Positions 20,560-30,853 of a stretch of DNA of 64,000 nt are shown in pieces (the first letter of the stretch is position 1; every line of letters begins with the position of its first letter). The stretch comes from an uncultured Bacilli bacterium (lineage in GTDB: Bacteria > Bacillota_I > Bacilli_A > RFN20 > CAG-826). The notes beneath the pieces were generated by a model. The model was not told the origin of the DNA and searched no databases. It saw nothing but the letters and a program-made list of their open reading frames with translations. The stretch is taken from assembly GCA_934140155.1 (NCBI GenBank), contig CAKPBC010000004.1, forward strand, positions 65,675 through 129,674, given 5' to 3'. The position numbers and the translations under genes were made by a program.

Positions 20560-22377
20560 CTATAATGGTAAATCTTTTTTAACAAATTTGGTAGAGCCGA
20601 TTATATATCCTAATAAACCTAATGCGAATAAAATTGCAAATTTCCAAATAAATACGGTTGTACCATTAATAATTGAAATAGAATCAAATAAAGTAATAAT
20701 TGTTACAAAGTTGAAGTTATTTAAAGCATCTAAACGAACAACAGATGGAATTACTTGGCTACCAAATAGTCCTAACATTGCGGCAACTAAAGCAAATATT
20801 GATAATCCGCCACCAACAGCCATTGAACGTTTGCTACGATCAAACCAGCAAGATGTTAAGAAACATAATCCTGATAATGCAAATAAGACTAAGAATGCAC
20901 CGACATTAAGTAAGATTAAGTGTCCATATGTTAATTGAACTTCTTGACCAACAATAGCTAAGCAAACACAACCTGTAATAGTAGTCAAGCCAAACATAGC
21001 AAGTAATGATCCGACAAGATAAACAGCTTGAGTAAATACGACTGTTTTTCTTTTAGTTGATGTTGATAAGACATAAGCCATAGAACCACTATCAACTTGA
21101 CCACTAATTAAGTTATTAGAAGCCATAATCATATAAATAATAGGTAATAATAATCCCGCTAATTTATAGAAGATAGATCCAACGATTAAGCTATATAAAT
21201 CAAGTGTTCCTACTTCTTTTAAAGCTTCTGAAACATCACTAGGTAAAGAAGATAATAAACTTCCTGCAACATCACCAATTAATTCTTCATTCATTTTGGC
21301 ATAAGCGGCCTTATATTCTTCTTGAGTTTTAATTTCGCCATTTGCTAATTTTTCATCTAATAAACCAACTTCATAAGCCAAACGATTACGGTAACTAATT
21401 GTGCTTGTCATTGACATATGACGTACTGATTGATAGTTATAGTTAAATGAAGCATATTTTTCTTCATCAACGCCATAAGTAGATAATGCATCAATAATTG
21501 TGCTAACCATATCTGCTTTAGTTACTTGACCAGCTAAGAATACTGATGAAGCAGTTTCAGCACGATCAGCGCGGTATTCATTTCTTTCTTCGCTAGTTAA
21601 ATAAGTGTTAACATCTCCTGCACTAATATGCATTACTAATGAAGTAACATCATAATCATCAAACATCTTTTCATTATTATCAGTAAAAATTTCTGGACTT
21701 ACCATATCCGGTTTAATGGCAAACATAGTTGTACCAAATCTTTCAGTTCCAGCAGTAGTTTCTACTTTTTCTCCTGCTTCGTTTTCTTCATAATAATATT
21801 CTTTTAATTGACTAGTAGCGACTAAGAAACTAGCACTTAATGCGCCTTTTTGATTAGCGGGATTGCTACTTGACCAGCTAACTAGAGCTTCATTATAAGC
21901 TTGCTCACTATCATAGTTTTCTCTAACTGGTTGATTTTTAGTCCAATCACTATAATTTTTTGCATATAATTGTTCGACTAATGTTTCTGGTGTAGGCATT
22001 TGACCTTGCCAAGTCACCATTGCTTGTTGATATTGATTTAAATCGCTATAATCACTACTTTTTGGCATAGCGTTTAACCAATAATTAAATTTTCCATCAT
22101 AAACTAATGCATCACTTGCATCTTCAACAAAATAATTATCAAATTGAATCATACCATCAGTTTGGGTAGTATAAAAACTAATTGATTGTTTTTCTAAAAG
22201 TGCATCAATTTCTTTAGTAACAATGGTATCTTGAATTGCATTTTTAGTTTCACCAATATTACCATTACCACTAATGAGCATAACACATGCTAACATGAAG
22301 CAAACTGCAAATGTGATAATAGCCCACATTGTGCCATTTGCTTTACAAGATTGTTTAAAAAGTGCTTTACTAAACAT
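20560..22377 (-). CDS. ABC transporter permease with large extracytoplasmic domain (ABC-2 / YhgE-like architecture)
   Basis: It has an N-terminal TM helix, a ~380-aa hydrophilic domain and a C-terminal cluster of 5 TM helices. It lies immediately downstream of two ABC ATPase genes. Confidence 0.6.
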   Translation of the reverse strand: MFSKALFKQSCKANGTMWAIITFAVCFMLACVMLISGNGNIGETKNAIQDTIVTKEIDALLEKQSISFYTTQTDGMIQFDNYFVEDASDALVYDGKFNYWLNAMPKSSDYSDLNQYQQAMVTWQGQMPTPETLVEQLYAKNYSDWTKNQPVRENYDSEQAYNEALVSWSSSNPANQKGALSASFLVATSQLKEYYYEENEAGEKVETTAGTERFGTTMFAIKPDMVSPEIFTDNNEKMFDDYDVTSLVMHISAGDVNTYLTSEERNEYRADRAETASSVFLAGQVTKADMVSTIIDALSTYGVDEEKYASFNYNYQSVRHMSMTSTISYRNRLAYEVGLLDEKLANGEIKTQEEYKAAYAKMNEELIGDVAGSLLSSLPSDVSEALKEVGTLDLYSLIVGSIFYKLAGLLLPIIYMIMASNNLISGQVDSGSMAYVLSTSTKRKTVVFTQAVYLVGSLLAMFGLTTITGCVCLAIVGQEVQLTYGHLILLNVGAFLVLFALSGLCFLTSCWFDRSKRSMAVGGGLSIFALVAAMLGLFGSQVIPSVVRLDALNNFNFVTIITLFDSISIINGTTVFIWKFAILFALGLLGYIIGSTKFVKKDLPL

Positions 22378-22378
22378 A

Positions 22379-23281
22379 TTACTTACTCTCCTTTTTTTCT
22401 AATAATACTTTTTTAAAATGTTTTTCTAAGGTATAAGGTATTTCAGAAATGAATTTAACATCATAGTTTTTTAATGTTTTTAATAATTCCCCTGTCTCCT
22501 TAGCGTTAATTGAAATAGTCACTTGATTATATTGTTTTTGTTTACGAGTAATCGTATATTTTTCTTTTAAGAAATTCTTATAATCATCAGTAGACTTAAA
22601 TTCAATTTTAAAATCTTTAATTGGATGATTACGAATATCATCCATATTTACAACATCAATAATATGTCCATCATTAATTAAGGCAACACGATCACATGTT
22701 GTTTCAAGTTCTTCAAACATATGACTAGACATAAATATTGTTTTTCCTTTTTTATGTTCTTCTTTAATAATATCTAGGAAGGTTACACGCATCAAAGGAT
22801 CAAGACCAGTGGTTGGTTCATCAAGAATAATAATTGGGGCATCATTCATCAAAGCTGCAACTAATGCAGTTTTTTGTTTCATACCTTTACTCATTCTTTT
22901 TAAATTAGCACGTGGATCTAATTGTAATCTTTAAATTAGTTCATTGGCGTAATCCATATTCTTCATGTTTAAGAACTCTGCTTGACATTTAAGAAAATCA
23001 ATACCAGTCTTTAAATCCGGGAAAGCAATTTCTCCAGGTACATAACCAATATCTTTTACAATTTCACTTGCATGTTCCCAAGAAGATTTATTGTTAACTA
23101 ATACTTGTCCGCTTGTAGGTTTAATAAATCCCATAATGTTACGAATAGTTGTGGTTTTACCACTTCCATTAGTGCCAACGAATCCAATCATTTCACCTTT
23201 TTCGATATTTAAATTAATGTCAAATATTCCTTGATTACTTCCATAATCTTTGGTTAAGTTTTTTATTTCAATGACACTCAT
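22379..23281 (-). pseudogene. ABC transporter ATP-binding protein interrupted by a single in-frame TAA
   Basis: ORFs 22931-23281 (Walker A GTNGSGKTT) and 22379-22894 (signature-like MSKGMKQK, Walker B IIILDEPTTGLD) are in the same frame. They are separated only by TAA at 22931-22933 (...ANELI*RLQLDPRANLKRMSKGMKQK...). Confidence 0.65.
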
Positions 23282-24213
23282 TTTAAAGCACCTCCAAAGT
23301 CTTTATCTTCTTTATAGAATTTCATGAAGTAATCTTCTAATGATTCCTTACGGTTTGAAAACTCATTAATTTCTAGTCCTGATAATATTTCGATTGCTTT
23401 ATTCATATCTTCATCTTCTAATGAAATAAATACTTTATTGCCTTCTATTTTTAAGATTTCTGCAGATGGGATTTTATTAATAGATTTTTTAAATTTATTA
23501 ACATTCTTTTCATCTTTAAAATCAACCGTATAATATTTTTTTGAAGCATGTTTTAAATCATCCGCGACGAATTCAGAAACGATTTTTCCATCTTTAATAA
23601 TCGCAATACGATCACAAGTAGAATCAATTTCCGAGAAAATATGACTTGAAAGTAAAATCGTTTTACCTCTACTTTTTTCTTCATGAATAAACTTAATGAA
23701 GTTTTCCTGCATAACTGGATCAAGTCCACTAGTAGGCTCATCAAGAATTAAGACATCAGGGTCACTCATAAATGCCGCGACAATCGCAAGTTTTCTTTTA
23801 ACCCCCAAACTCATTCTTTTTGTTTCGCCTTGTAATGTAACATCATCTAATTCGAATAATGTTAACATGCTATTTAGCTTATCTTCATTATGAATGTGTT
23901 GTAAATCTTGCATCATTCTTAAGAATTGCCATCCTGTTAATCCAGCTGGTAAAGCAATTTCTCCAGGAATGTAACCAACATGGTTTAATATTTCATAATA
24001 TTTATTAAATGTTGGTTCTCCTAATATATAAGTATTACCTTTATCAGGTTTTGAAAATCCCATTAGGTGTCTAATAGTTGTTGATTTACCAGCACCATTA
24101 GGACCTAAGAAACCAAACACTTCACCTTTTTTAATTGCAAAGCTTACATCAAAGACGCCACGTCCACTTCCATAATCTTTTGTTAAATTTTTAACTTCTA
24201 TAATGTTTTCCAT
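23278..24213 (-). CDS. ABC transporter ATP-binding protein
   Basis: Walker A GPNGAGKST, signature MSLGVKRKLAI and Walker B LILDEPTSGLD. Its stop overlaps the start of the next ATPase (ATGA overlap). Confidence 0.85.
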   Translation of the reverse strand: MENIIEVKNLTKDYGSGRGVFDVSFAIKKGEVFGFLGPNGAGKSTTIRHLMGFSKPDKGNTYILGEPTFNKYYEILNHVGYIPGEIALPAGLTGWQFLRMMQDLQHIHNEDKLNSMLTLFELDDVTLQGETKRMSLGVKRKLAIVAAFMSDPDVLILDEPTSGLDPVMQENFIKFIHEEKSRGKTILLSSHIFSEIDSTCDRIAIIKDGKIVSEFVADDLKHASKKYYTVDFKDEKNVNKFKKSINKIPSAEILKIEGNKVFISLEDEDMNKAIEILSGLEINEFSNRKESLEDYFMKFYKEDKDFGGALK

Positions 24214-24235
24214 AATGTTCCTCCTCTCTTTTAAA

Positions 24236-24333
24236 TCAACATTGTTGACATTTGAACGATGTTAAGATATATTATTTATATACAATGTTGAACCACATTT
24301 TTATCACCATTGTTAAAATTTCAACATTGTTAA
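24236..24333. promoter_or_regulatory. divergent promoter region with three TetR-type operator-like sites
   Basis: Perfect 6-1-6 palindrome TCAACAtTGTTGA at 24236-24248, near-perfect TCAACATTGTTAA at 24321-24333, and a partial copy (reverse orientation) at 24282-24294. They lie between the ABC operon RBS and the tetR RBS. Confidence 0.5.
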
Positions 24334-24357
24334 TAAAACTGTATAGGAGGACAATTT

Positions 24358-24927
24358 ATGAAAGCTAAAAATTTAAATAACTCATCCAAAAAAACAAGAG
24401 CAATTATTAAATCTACATTTGCAGAAATGCTCAGTGAAAAGAAAGAAATCAGTAAAATTTCTGTTACTGAATTAGTAAAACGCGCGGATATAAATCGTGG
24501 CACGTTCTATTCCCATTATGATGATATATATTGTGTTGCCGAAGATTTTGAAAACGAATTAATCGATCAATTTTATAGTAATATCAAATTAGTATCATGT
24601 TTAACTTTTGAAGAACTAATTGATCAGTTCTTTGAATACATTACTGCAAATAATGAAAACTATCGTCTCATTTGTAAATCTAACGATGTTGCTTTTGCAT
24701 CAAAAAAGCTTACCTCACTTGTTATTGGTAAGCTATTAGAGATTTGTAATAATGATCCACATTTAGTGGACCGTAGTCACCTTGAACTCGATATAAGCGT
24801 TTTTGTTGATGGTTTATTATGTGAATATATCAAATATTGTCGTGGTTATTCCACTAATACCATAGATGATTTACATAATTACGTAAAATACTGGTTTAAA
24901 AGTTTTAAAGCAAGAAGATTTAAATAA
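24358..24927 (+). CDS. TetR/AcrR family transcriptional regulator
   Basis: N-terminal HTH AIIKSTFAEMLSEKKEISKISVTELVKRADINRGTFYSHY; it is divergent from the ABC exporter operon. Confidence 0.75.
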   Translation: MKAKNLNNSSKKTRAIIKSTFAEMLSEKKEISKISVTELVKRADINRGTFYSHYDDIYCVAEDFENELIDQFYSNIKLVSCLTFEELIDQFFEYITANNENYRLICKSNDVAFASKKLTSLVIGKLLEICNNDPHLVDRSHLELDISVFVDGLLCEYIKYCRGYSTNTIDDLHNYVKYWFKSFKARRFK

Positions 24928-25576
24928 TGCTTTTTAATAAATCATTAGTGTTACTTACTAATATATTTGGATTTAAAGATTTCAAGTATTCTTCATCTCT
25001 AAATCCCCAAGTAACAATAATAGCATCCACATTAGCGTTTTTTGCTACCTCAATATCAACTTCGGAATCACCAACATAAACTGATTCCGATTTTTTTATA
25101 TTAAAATATTTCATCACATTATTTAAACTTGTTGGATCTGGTTTACGTGGTACCCCTATTACTTCGCCAACCGCATAATCAATGAGATTAGGAAAATATT
25201 TATTAACTAATGTTTGAACAGCAAAATCAGCTTTATTAGAGATAATTGCGATTTTATATCCTTTTTCTTTTAAAACATTTAACAAATCTAAAATACCATC
25301 ATATGGTTTAGTTAATATATCACAATGTGTAGCATAATAACTTTTAAATTCTTTAAAAACTAAATCAAAATCTTCTTCATTAGTGGCACTTGGCATACTA
25401 AGTTTTACTAAACTACGAATACCATTACCTAAAAAACTACGCACTTCTTTTAAAGATTTAGAAGGGAAATCATACTTATTAAGGGCGTAATTTAAAGATG
25501 TATACAAATCTTCAAGAGTATTTAATACTGTCCCATCTAAATCAAACATTACTAATTTATATTTCACAAATATCAA
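24920..25576 (-). CDS. HAD-superfamily hydrolase (phosphoglycolate phosphatase-like)
   Basis: Motif I MFDLDGTVLNT, motif II ISNK and motif IV GDSEVDIEVAKNA. Confidence 0.75.
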   Translation of the reverse strand: MIFVKYKLVMFDLDGTVLNTLEDLYTSLNYALNKYDFPSKSLKEVRSFLGNGIRSLVKLSMPSATNEEDFDLVFKEFKSYYATHCDILTKPYDGILDLLNVLKEKGYKIAIISNKADFAVQTLVNKYFPNLIDYAVGEVIGVPRKPDPTSLNNVMKYFNIKKSESVYVGDSEVDIEVAKNANVDAIIVTWGFRDEEYLKSLNPNILVSNTNDLLKSII

Positions 25577-25579
25577 CTC

Positions 25580-26518
25580 CTATAAACTAAAAATTATAAT
25601 TAAGACAATACCTAAAGTCATCAATGCCAATCCAATAAATGATCTTAAAGTAAACTTTTCATGTAAGAATAAAATCGAAATCATCATTGTTAACAATATT
25701 GCTAACTTAGATATCGATGTAACCGCAACTGGATTGGCGCCTACATAATTAAGTGCTTCATATTCGCTAATCCATGCTACACCAGTAGCAATTCCTGATA
25801 AAGTAAGAAATATCCAAGATTTACCAGTAATCTCATTAACTTCTTGATAATCTTTTCTTGCTAATACGATAATCATAGCAAAGATAAATACAACAATAGT
25901 GCGAATACAAGTTCCTAATGAACTAGAAATATCTTTTAAACCAATTTTTACAAATAAAGAAACTAACGATGCAAAGACTGCACTTAAAATCGCATAAAGC
26001 AACCATTTTTTATCATTCTTTTTGTTTTTGCTTTCGACTTTTCCAATCATTAAAAGAGTACCAGCAAGCATAAGAGCCATAGAAAGGAATAACATCACTA
26101 TCGTTAATAGATTACCATTATTTGTCGTATCATTAAAGAAAAAGATTAAGAATAAAATACTTGTCAAAATAAAGCTAGATTTATCAATTGGTGCTACTTT
26201 AGATACATCACCTAATTTAATAGCTCGATAATAACATAGCCATGATAATCCTGTTGCAATGCCAGAAAGAATTAAAAACAACCAATTTGATGTCGTTAAT
26301 GAGTTAAATAAGGCAAAACTATTTGTTATAAAACACATTATTACTGCGAAAATAATAACTACACCTGTACGGAAAAATGTGGCAAAATTTGAATTAACAT
26401 TTTTTATACCAACTTTAGCAAATATTGTGGTAAGGGATGTAAAAAGCGCACCAATTAAAGCCATAACAATCCACATAAACACCCCACCTCGTAAACAAAA
26501 AATTCCTAAGTTATCCAC
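25580..26518 (-). CDS. EamA/DMT-family transporter
   Basis: 10-TM protein with duplicated 5-TM halves. The likely true start is MWIVMALIGA near 26476. Confidence 0.6.
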   Translation of the reverse strand: MDNLGIFCLRGGVFMWIVMALIGALFTSLTTIFAKVGIKNVNSNFATFFRTGVVIIFAVIMCFITNSFALFNSLTTSNWLFLILSGIATGLSWLCYYRAIKLGDVSKVAPIDKSSFILTSILFLIFFFNDTTNNGNLLTIVMLFLSMALMLAGTLLMIGKVESKNKKNDKKWLLYAILSAVFASLVSLFVKIGLKDISSSLGTCIRTIVVFIFAMIIVLARKDYQEVNEITGKSWIFLTLSGIATGVAWISEYEALNYVGANPVAVTSISKLAILLTMMISILFLHEKFTLRSFIGLALMTLGIVLIIIFSL

Positions 26519-26533
26519 CTAGGAATTATATAC

Positions 26534-27967
26534 TTATTTTATATCTTTTAAAACCCCTATGGCATCACTAATGGTTTTTTCTTTAGCTAAATTACCATAT
26601 TTATCAACTTCGGTTTTATCACGTAGTTCGTGAGTTAAGCAACATGGTCCACCAATACAACCATTAATGCAGCCCATTCCTTCAATAAAGTTAAAATCAC
26701 GAGCCGGTGACTGAGCTTTGATTAATCCCATTTTACAATTATCCAAGCCATCACAAACTAAAGGTTTAACTTCAAAATCAATATTTTGTTCTTTGAGTGA
26801 TTGCTTAACTGCATCAGATAAACCACCCGTTCTTGCAAATATTCTTCCAAAATATGAGGCGTTATCTAAAACACTTTCTTCTAACTTAGAAGCATCAATA
26901 TCGCGGCTATCAATTAATGCTTGTAACTCTTCAAAAGTTAAAACATAATCTACATAATCTTTAACACGTTCATCTTTGATTTCTTGCTTTTTTGAAACAC
27001 ATGGTCCAATAAACACTACTTTAGCATTTGGGGTAATTTCTTTAATGTATTTCCCTAATGTCGCCATTGGTGACAAATTAGAAGAAATATTCTCTACTAA
27101 TTTTGGATAGTTCTTTTTAATAAAAGAAACAAACGTTGGACAACATGAGGAAGTTAAGAATCCTTTTTCACTTAATTCTTTTGCTTCTTCATAGCTTACC
27201 ATATCCGCGCCAAGAGCTGCTTCAACAACACTATGGAAGCCTAATAATTTAATAGATGTCACAACTTGTCCTAATGTTGCGTATTTAAACTGTGAAGAAA
27301 TTGAAGGGGCCACAATAGCGTAAATAGGATATTTTTTTGAAAAATCGCTATCTTTAATCATTTTGATGACATCAACAATACTTGATTTATCCATGATTGC
27401 GCCAAATGGACATTGATATACACATGCTCCACATTGAACACATTTACTATCATCTATCTTAGCCGCAAAATCTTCATCAGTGGATATCGCTTTTACTTTA
27501 CAAGCTTGAACACATGGTCTTAAGAAATTTTGAATAGCGTTATATTGGCAAGCTTTAGAGCATAAGCCGCAATTTACACATTTTGTTTTATCGATAATTG
27601 CCGTTCTTGTATTTGGATTAAAAGATATTGCCGCACGATGACATGCTTTTTCGCAACGATGCGCAATACATCCTCTACATCTATTCGTGACTTCATATCC
27701 TCCAATAGGGCATTCATCACAAGCAATTTTGATAACTTCAACAATATTATCAATATTTTTGTTACCACCCATTGCTAATTTCATACGCTCTTCCACAATT
27801 GCACGTTCTTTATAAATACAACAGCGCATGCTAGGTTTTGGACCTGGCACTACTTTTTTAGGTATTTCATAAAAATCTTCGACTAATGAATCATTAAAAG
27901 CGGATTTAGCCATTTCTTTTAAAACTTTGTACTTCAACTCTTGAACATTTGTGTCAAATTTTAACAT
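26534..27967 (-). CDS. [FeFe]-hydrogenase-like protein with N-terminal multi-[4Fe-4S] ferredoxin domains (non-canonical H-cluster motifs)
   Basis: Ferredoxin Cys motifs (CVNCGLCSKACQ, CVQCGACVYQCP) precede an H-domain with L1 TSSCCPTF, L2 GPCVSKKQE and L3 EGMGCINGCIGGPCC. Confidence 0.65.
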   Translation of the reverse strand: MLKFDTNVQELKYKVLKEMAKSAFNDSLVEDFYEIPKKVVPGPKPSMRCCIYKERAIVEERMKLAMGGNKNIDNIVEVIKIACDECPIGGYEVTNRCRGCIAHRCEKACHRAAISFNPNTRTAIIDKTKCVNCGLCSKACQYNAIQNFLRPCVQACKVKAISTDEDFAAKIDDSKCVQCGACVYQCPFGAIMDKSSIVDVIKMIKDSDFSKKYPIYAIVAPSISSQFKYATLGQVVTSIKLLGFHSVVEAALGADMVSYEEAKELSEKGFLTSSCCPTFVSFIKKNYPKLVENISSNLSPMATLGKYIKEITPNAKVVFIGPCVSKKQEIKDERVKDYVDYVLTFEELQALIDSRDIDASKLEESVLDNASYFGRIFARTGGLSDAVKQSLKEQNIDFEVKPLVCDGLDNCKMGLIKAQSPARDFNFIEGMGCINGCIGGPCCLTHELRDKTEVDKYGNLAKEKTISDAIGVLKDIK

Positions 27968-27985
27968 GATTTTTCCTCACTTATT

Positions 27986-29164
27986 TTAAAAATAACTAAC
28001 TTTTATGTTTTTGCCCATTAGTTTTAGCATTTTCGCTAATTCATCAATAAGTTGCATTTTTAATGAAAAACTTAAATGAACATCATCACTTTGATGGGCA
28101 TTATTAATTGCACATCCTACAAAGAAGTTAATGTCTGTTGCTTCTTCAAATAATAATTTAGCAATTTGAGAAGCACCATCTCTTTTATAACTCCAATCAA
28201 AATACGAATGGTTTTTCCCTTGTAGCATGTCTTTAGCGTAATCTAATACTCTATTAATCGTAATTACACCTTCAGTTACTAAATCTACGCCTTCAATACT
28301 TGCAGTAGGCGGTATTTCTTTATCAATGTAATCAAGTGCTAAATCAAGTGGCTTATGTAAATATTTAGCCACAATGTTAGAGGTTGTTCCCCCACTAACA
28401 ATATGTTTACCACCTTTAGCAAAAAATAGAGATAACATCTTTTCATCATCATCTTTATTTGAAGCTGGGCCAATTAATAAATTAACTTGACTTCTTTCCC
28501 TAATTCGCACAACTGCAGCAGTTGTGTCATCGCCAGGACGATGATTATATAGTTCATTACAATAATCTACCAAACTTGTTGCAAGTGACATTGAAGAATA
28601 AGACTTTTGATATAATCCTTGCAAAAAATCTTTAATTTGCGGAATGTCCCAGCCAAAATTAAGAGTTTCACCAATTCCTGCATGAACCACGCCATCGCTA
28701 AATAATACAAACGTGTCATACAAGTTAGCTTCAAGTTTTGTATGGTAAACTTTTTTATCATCAACAATTTTTAGTGTCCAATCCAAATCTTTACTTTTAC
28801 CATTACTAATAACAAAAGGCATTGGATTATCATAATTATAAATTTCAACAAGGCGATTATTTTCTACTTTTATAATCGTAAAAGTAGAATAAGCAATACA
28901 ACGTTCTTTACAAACAGGAAGTGTTTCGGCAATAGTATCCACACATTCTTTTATAGAAACATTTTTAGCAATCATTGTCGATAACATTTTAGCAGTTAAA
29001 GTTGATAAAATATTAGCTTTTACTCCACTACCTAAGCCATCAGCAAGCACCAAAATTGTTGTATCATCATTAGGATGAATAACTTCAATATGGTCGCCGC
29101 ATAATTGTTCACCAACATGGTTATAGGATAAATATCCTACTTCGGTAATATACTTACTTATCAT
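27986..29164 (-). CDS. PP2C/SpoIIE-type serine phosphatase with C-terminal DRTGG-like domain
   Basis: N-terminal CGDHIEV...ILVLADGLGSGVKAN matches the PP2C metal-binding motifs. The C-terminal GGKHIVSGGTTSNIVAKYL region is DRTGG-like. Confidence 0.55.
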   Translation of the reverse strand: MISKYITEVGYLSYNHVGEQLCGDHIEVIHPNDDTTILVLADGLGSGVKANILSTLTAKMLSTMIAKNVSIKECVDTIAETLPVCKERCIAYSTFTIIKVENNRLVEIYNYDNPMPFVISNGKSKDLDWTLKIVDDKKVYHTKLEANLYDTFVLFSDGVVHAGIGETLNFGWDIPQIKDFLQGLYQKSYSSMSLATSLVDYCNELYNHRPGDDTTAAVVRIRERSQVNLLIGPASNKDDDEKMLSLFFAKGGKHIVSGGTTSNIVAKYLHKPLDLALDYIDKEIPPTASIEGVDLVTEGVITINRVLDYAKDMLQGKNHSYFDWSYKRDGASQIAKLLFEEATDINFFVGCAINNAHQSDDVHLSFSLKMQLIDELAKMLKLMGKNIKVSYF

Positions 29165-30836
29165 TTTTCAAAGTATCCTTTAACGATAACAACGCTACTT
29201 TAGTTTCCGCAGCTGATTCACCTAATAAAGAGGCAATTTCTTGAACAGCGCGCATGTTTTTTTCAATTACTTCGTTTGTAATTTCAACTGATTTTTTGAG
29301 TACTTCTTCACGTTTTTGTAAAGATATTTCGTTTTTAGTTATATCGCGCATAACGCAAATCAAAATATGGAATTTACGATCATAAATAATCGTATTTTCA
29401 ACATATTTATCATATTCGCTTAAATACATTTTCTTAAAAATAGTATTATCATATTCTCCTAATGCTCGAGCGTATTCTGTTGGATCTAAAATCATCGTAA
29501 CATTCTTTTTTAATACAATATTCGGAGAACTAATACCAACAATTTTACACATTGCACTATTCATCAATTGAATATTTAAATCTTCATCTAAGACCATCAA
29601 TCCATTTGGAGTATTAGAAACAATTTTATCCGAGAATGATTGCGCTTTTTCCATTAAGAATGGCAAACACATCTCAGGAATTGCTTTTCCTTGAATAATT
29701 GCAATGGCTTTTTCTCTACAAGTGTTATATCCACATGATCCACAATTTAATTCTGCAGATTTATCTAATTTTCCCATCAATTTTAATGTGTTTTCGATAT
29801 CAGCTTCTGATGGTACAGCATGAATTAAAGAGTAAGGATTATAAGTTTGACTAATATTAGTTTCATTAATTTCCATATTGTCAAAATCTTTTTTACCTGC
29901 TGCATTTTCAATAGCTAAATAGCTAGTTACTACACTGCGGGCTTTATCTTTAATCATTGGACCATTTACACAGCTACCATGACAAGCAGACATCTCAATA
30001 AAACATTTATGAATTTTTCCATTAATAATATCTTCTAAAGCATAGCGAGCACTATTAATGCCATCAATGGAAATATATTTAAAATCTTCATTTGTTGTGT
30101 CCATTGTTTTTAAAATGCCGCCGCAAGTTGGAAAAAATCTCGCTTTCGATTTTTCAATAGATACTGAATCACTTGTTTCAATATTGATATTGTTATCATT
30201 TAGCCAATCATCTAACTCAGTAAATGTTAAAACTGCATCAATATATTCTTTATTTAAATCAGCTTCATCTTTTTTAGCAATGCAAGGTCCTACAAAGACA
30301 ACTTTCGTATCTTTACCATATCTTGTTTTAATATCTAAGCCATGCGCAAGCATAGGTGACAAAACATTTGCTAAATATTTCAAAGCTTTTGGATAATATT
30401 TTTGAATTAATAAGTTAATAGAATGACAGCACGATGAAATAATAACATCGTGCTTGTCATCTAACATTTTATTATAAGCGTTTTTTACAATTGTGGCTCC
30501 AACCGCAGTTTCTTCCACATCGTAAAATCCTAATTTTTTTAAAGCATCCCGCATTGTGTCAATGCTTGAATCTTTAAAGTTCGAAATAAAACTTGGGGCT
30601 ATTGAAACTATTACCTTGTCTCCATTTGCAATCATTTTCTTGACTTTTTCTATATCATTTCTAACAACTTTGACCTTTTGCGGGCAAGCTAAATAACAAC
30701 TGCCACACAAGATACAATCATCGTGTATAATAGTCGCTTTATTATTAGCAAATGAAATAGACTTAACTGGACAAGTACGAATACACTTATAACAATTTTT
30801 ACAGTTATTCGTTCTACTTTCTAGGCAATACTCCAT
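29154..30836 (-). CDS. sensory [FeFe]-hydrogenase (HydS/HfsB-like) with C-terminal Cys4 motif and PAS domain
   Basis: N-terminal ferredoxin motifs (CKNCYKCIRTCP, CILCGSCYLACP); H-domain L1 ISSCCHS, L2 VGPCIAKKDE, L3 EMSACHGSCVNGP; an extra CGSCGYNTC...C cluster; and a C-terminal PAS-like domain (NGLMVLDEDLNIQLMNSAMCKIVG...). Confidence 0.7.
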   Translation of the reverse strand: MEYCLESRTNNCKNCYKCIRTCPVKSISFANNKATIIHDDCILCGSCYLACPQKVKVVRNDIEKVKKMIANGDKVIVSIAPSFISNFKDSSIDTMRDALKKLGFYDVEETAVGATIVKNAYNKMLDDKHDVIISSCCHSINLLIQKYYPKALKYLANVLSPMLAHGLDIKTRYGKDTKVVFVGPCIAKKDEADLNKEYIDAVLTFTELDDWLNDNNINIETSDSVSIEKSKARFFPTCGGILKTMDTTNEDFKYISIDGINSARYALEDIINGKIHKCFIEMSACHGSCVNGPMIKDKARSVVTSYLAIENAAGKKDFDNMEINETNISQTYNPYSLIHAVPSEADIENTLKLMGKLDKSAELNCGSCGYNTCREKAIAIIQGKAIPEMCLPFLMEKAQSFSDKIVSNTPNGLMVLDEDLNIQLMNSAMCKIVGISSPNIVLKKNVTMILDPTEYARALGEYDNTIFKKMYLSEYDKYVENTIIYDRKFHILICVMRDITKNEISLQKREEVLKKSVEITNEVIEKNMRAVQEIASLLGESAAETKVALLSLKDTLKNDK

Positions 30837-30853
30837 GAATGCCCCTCCTTTTT

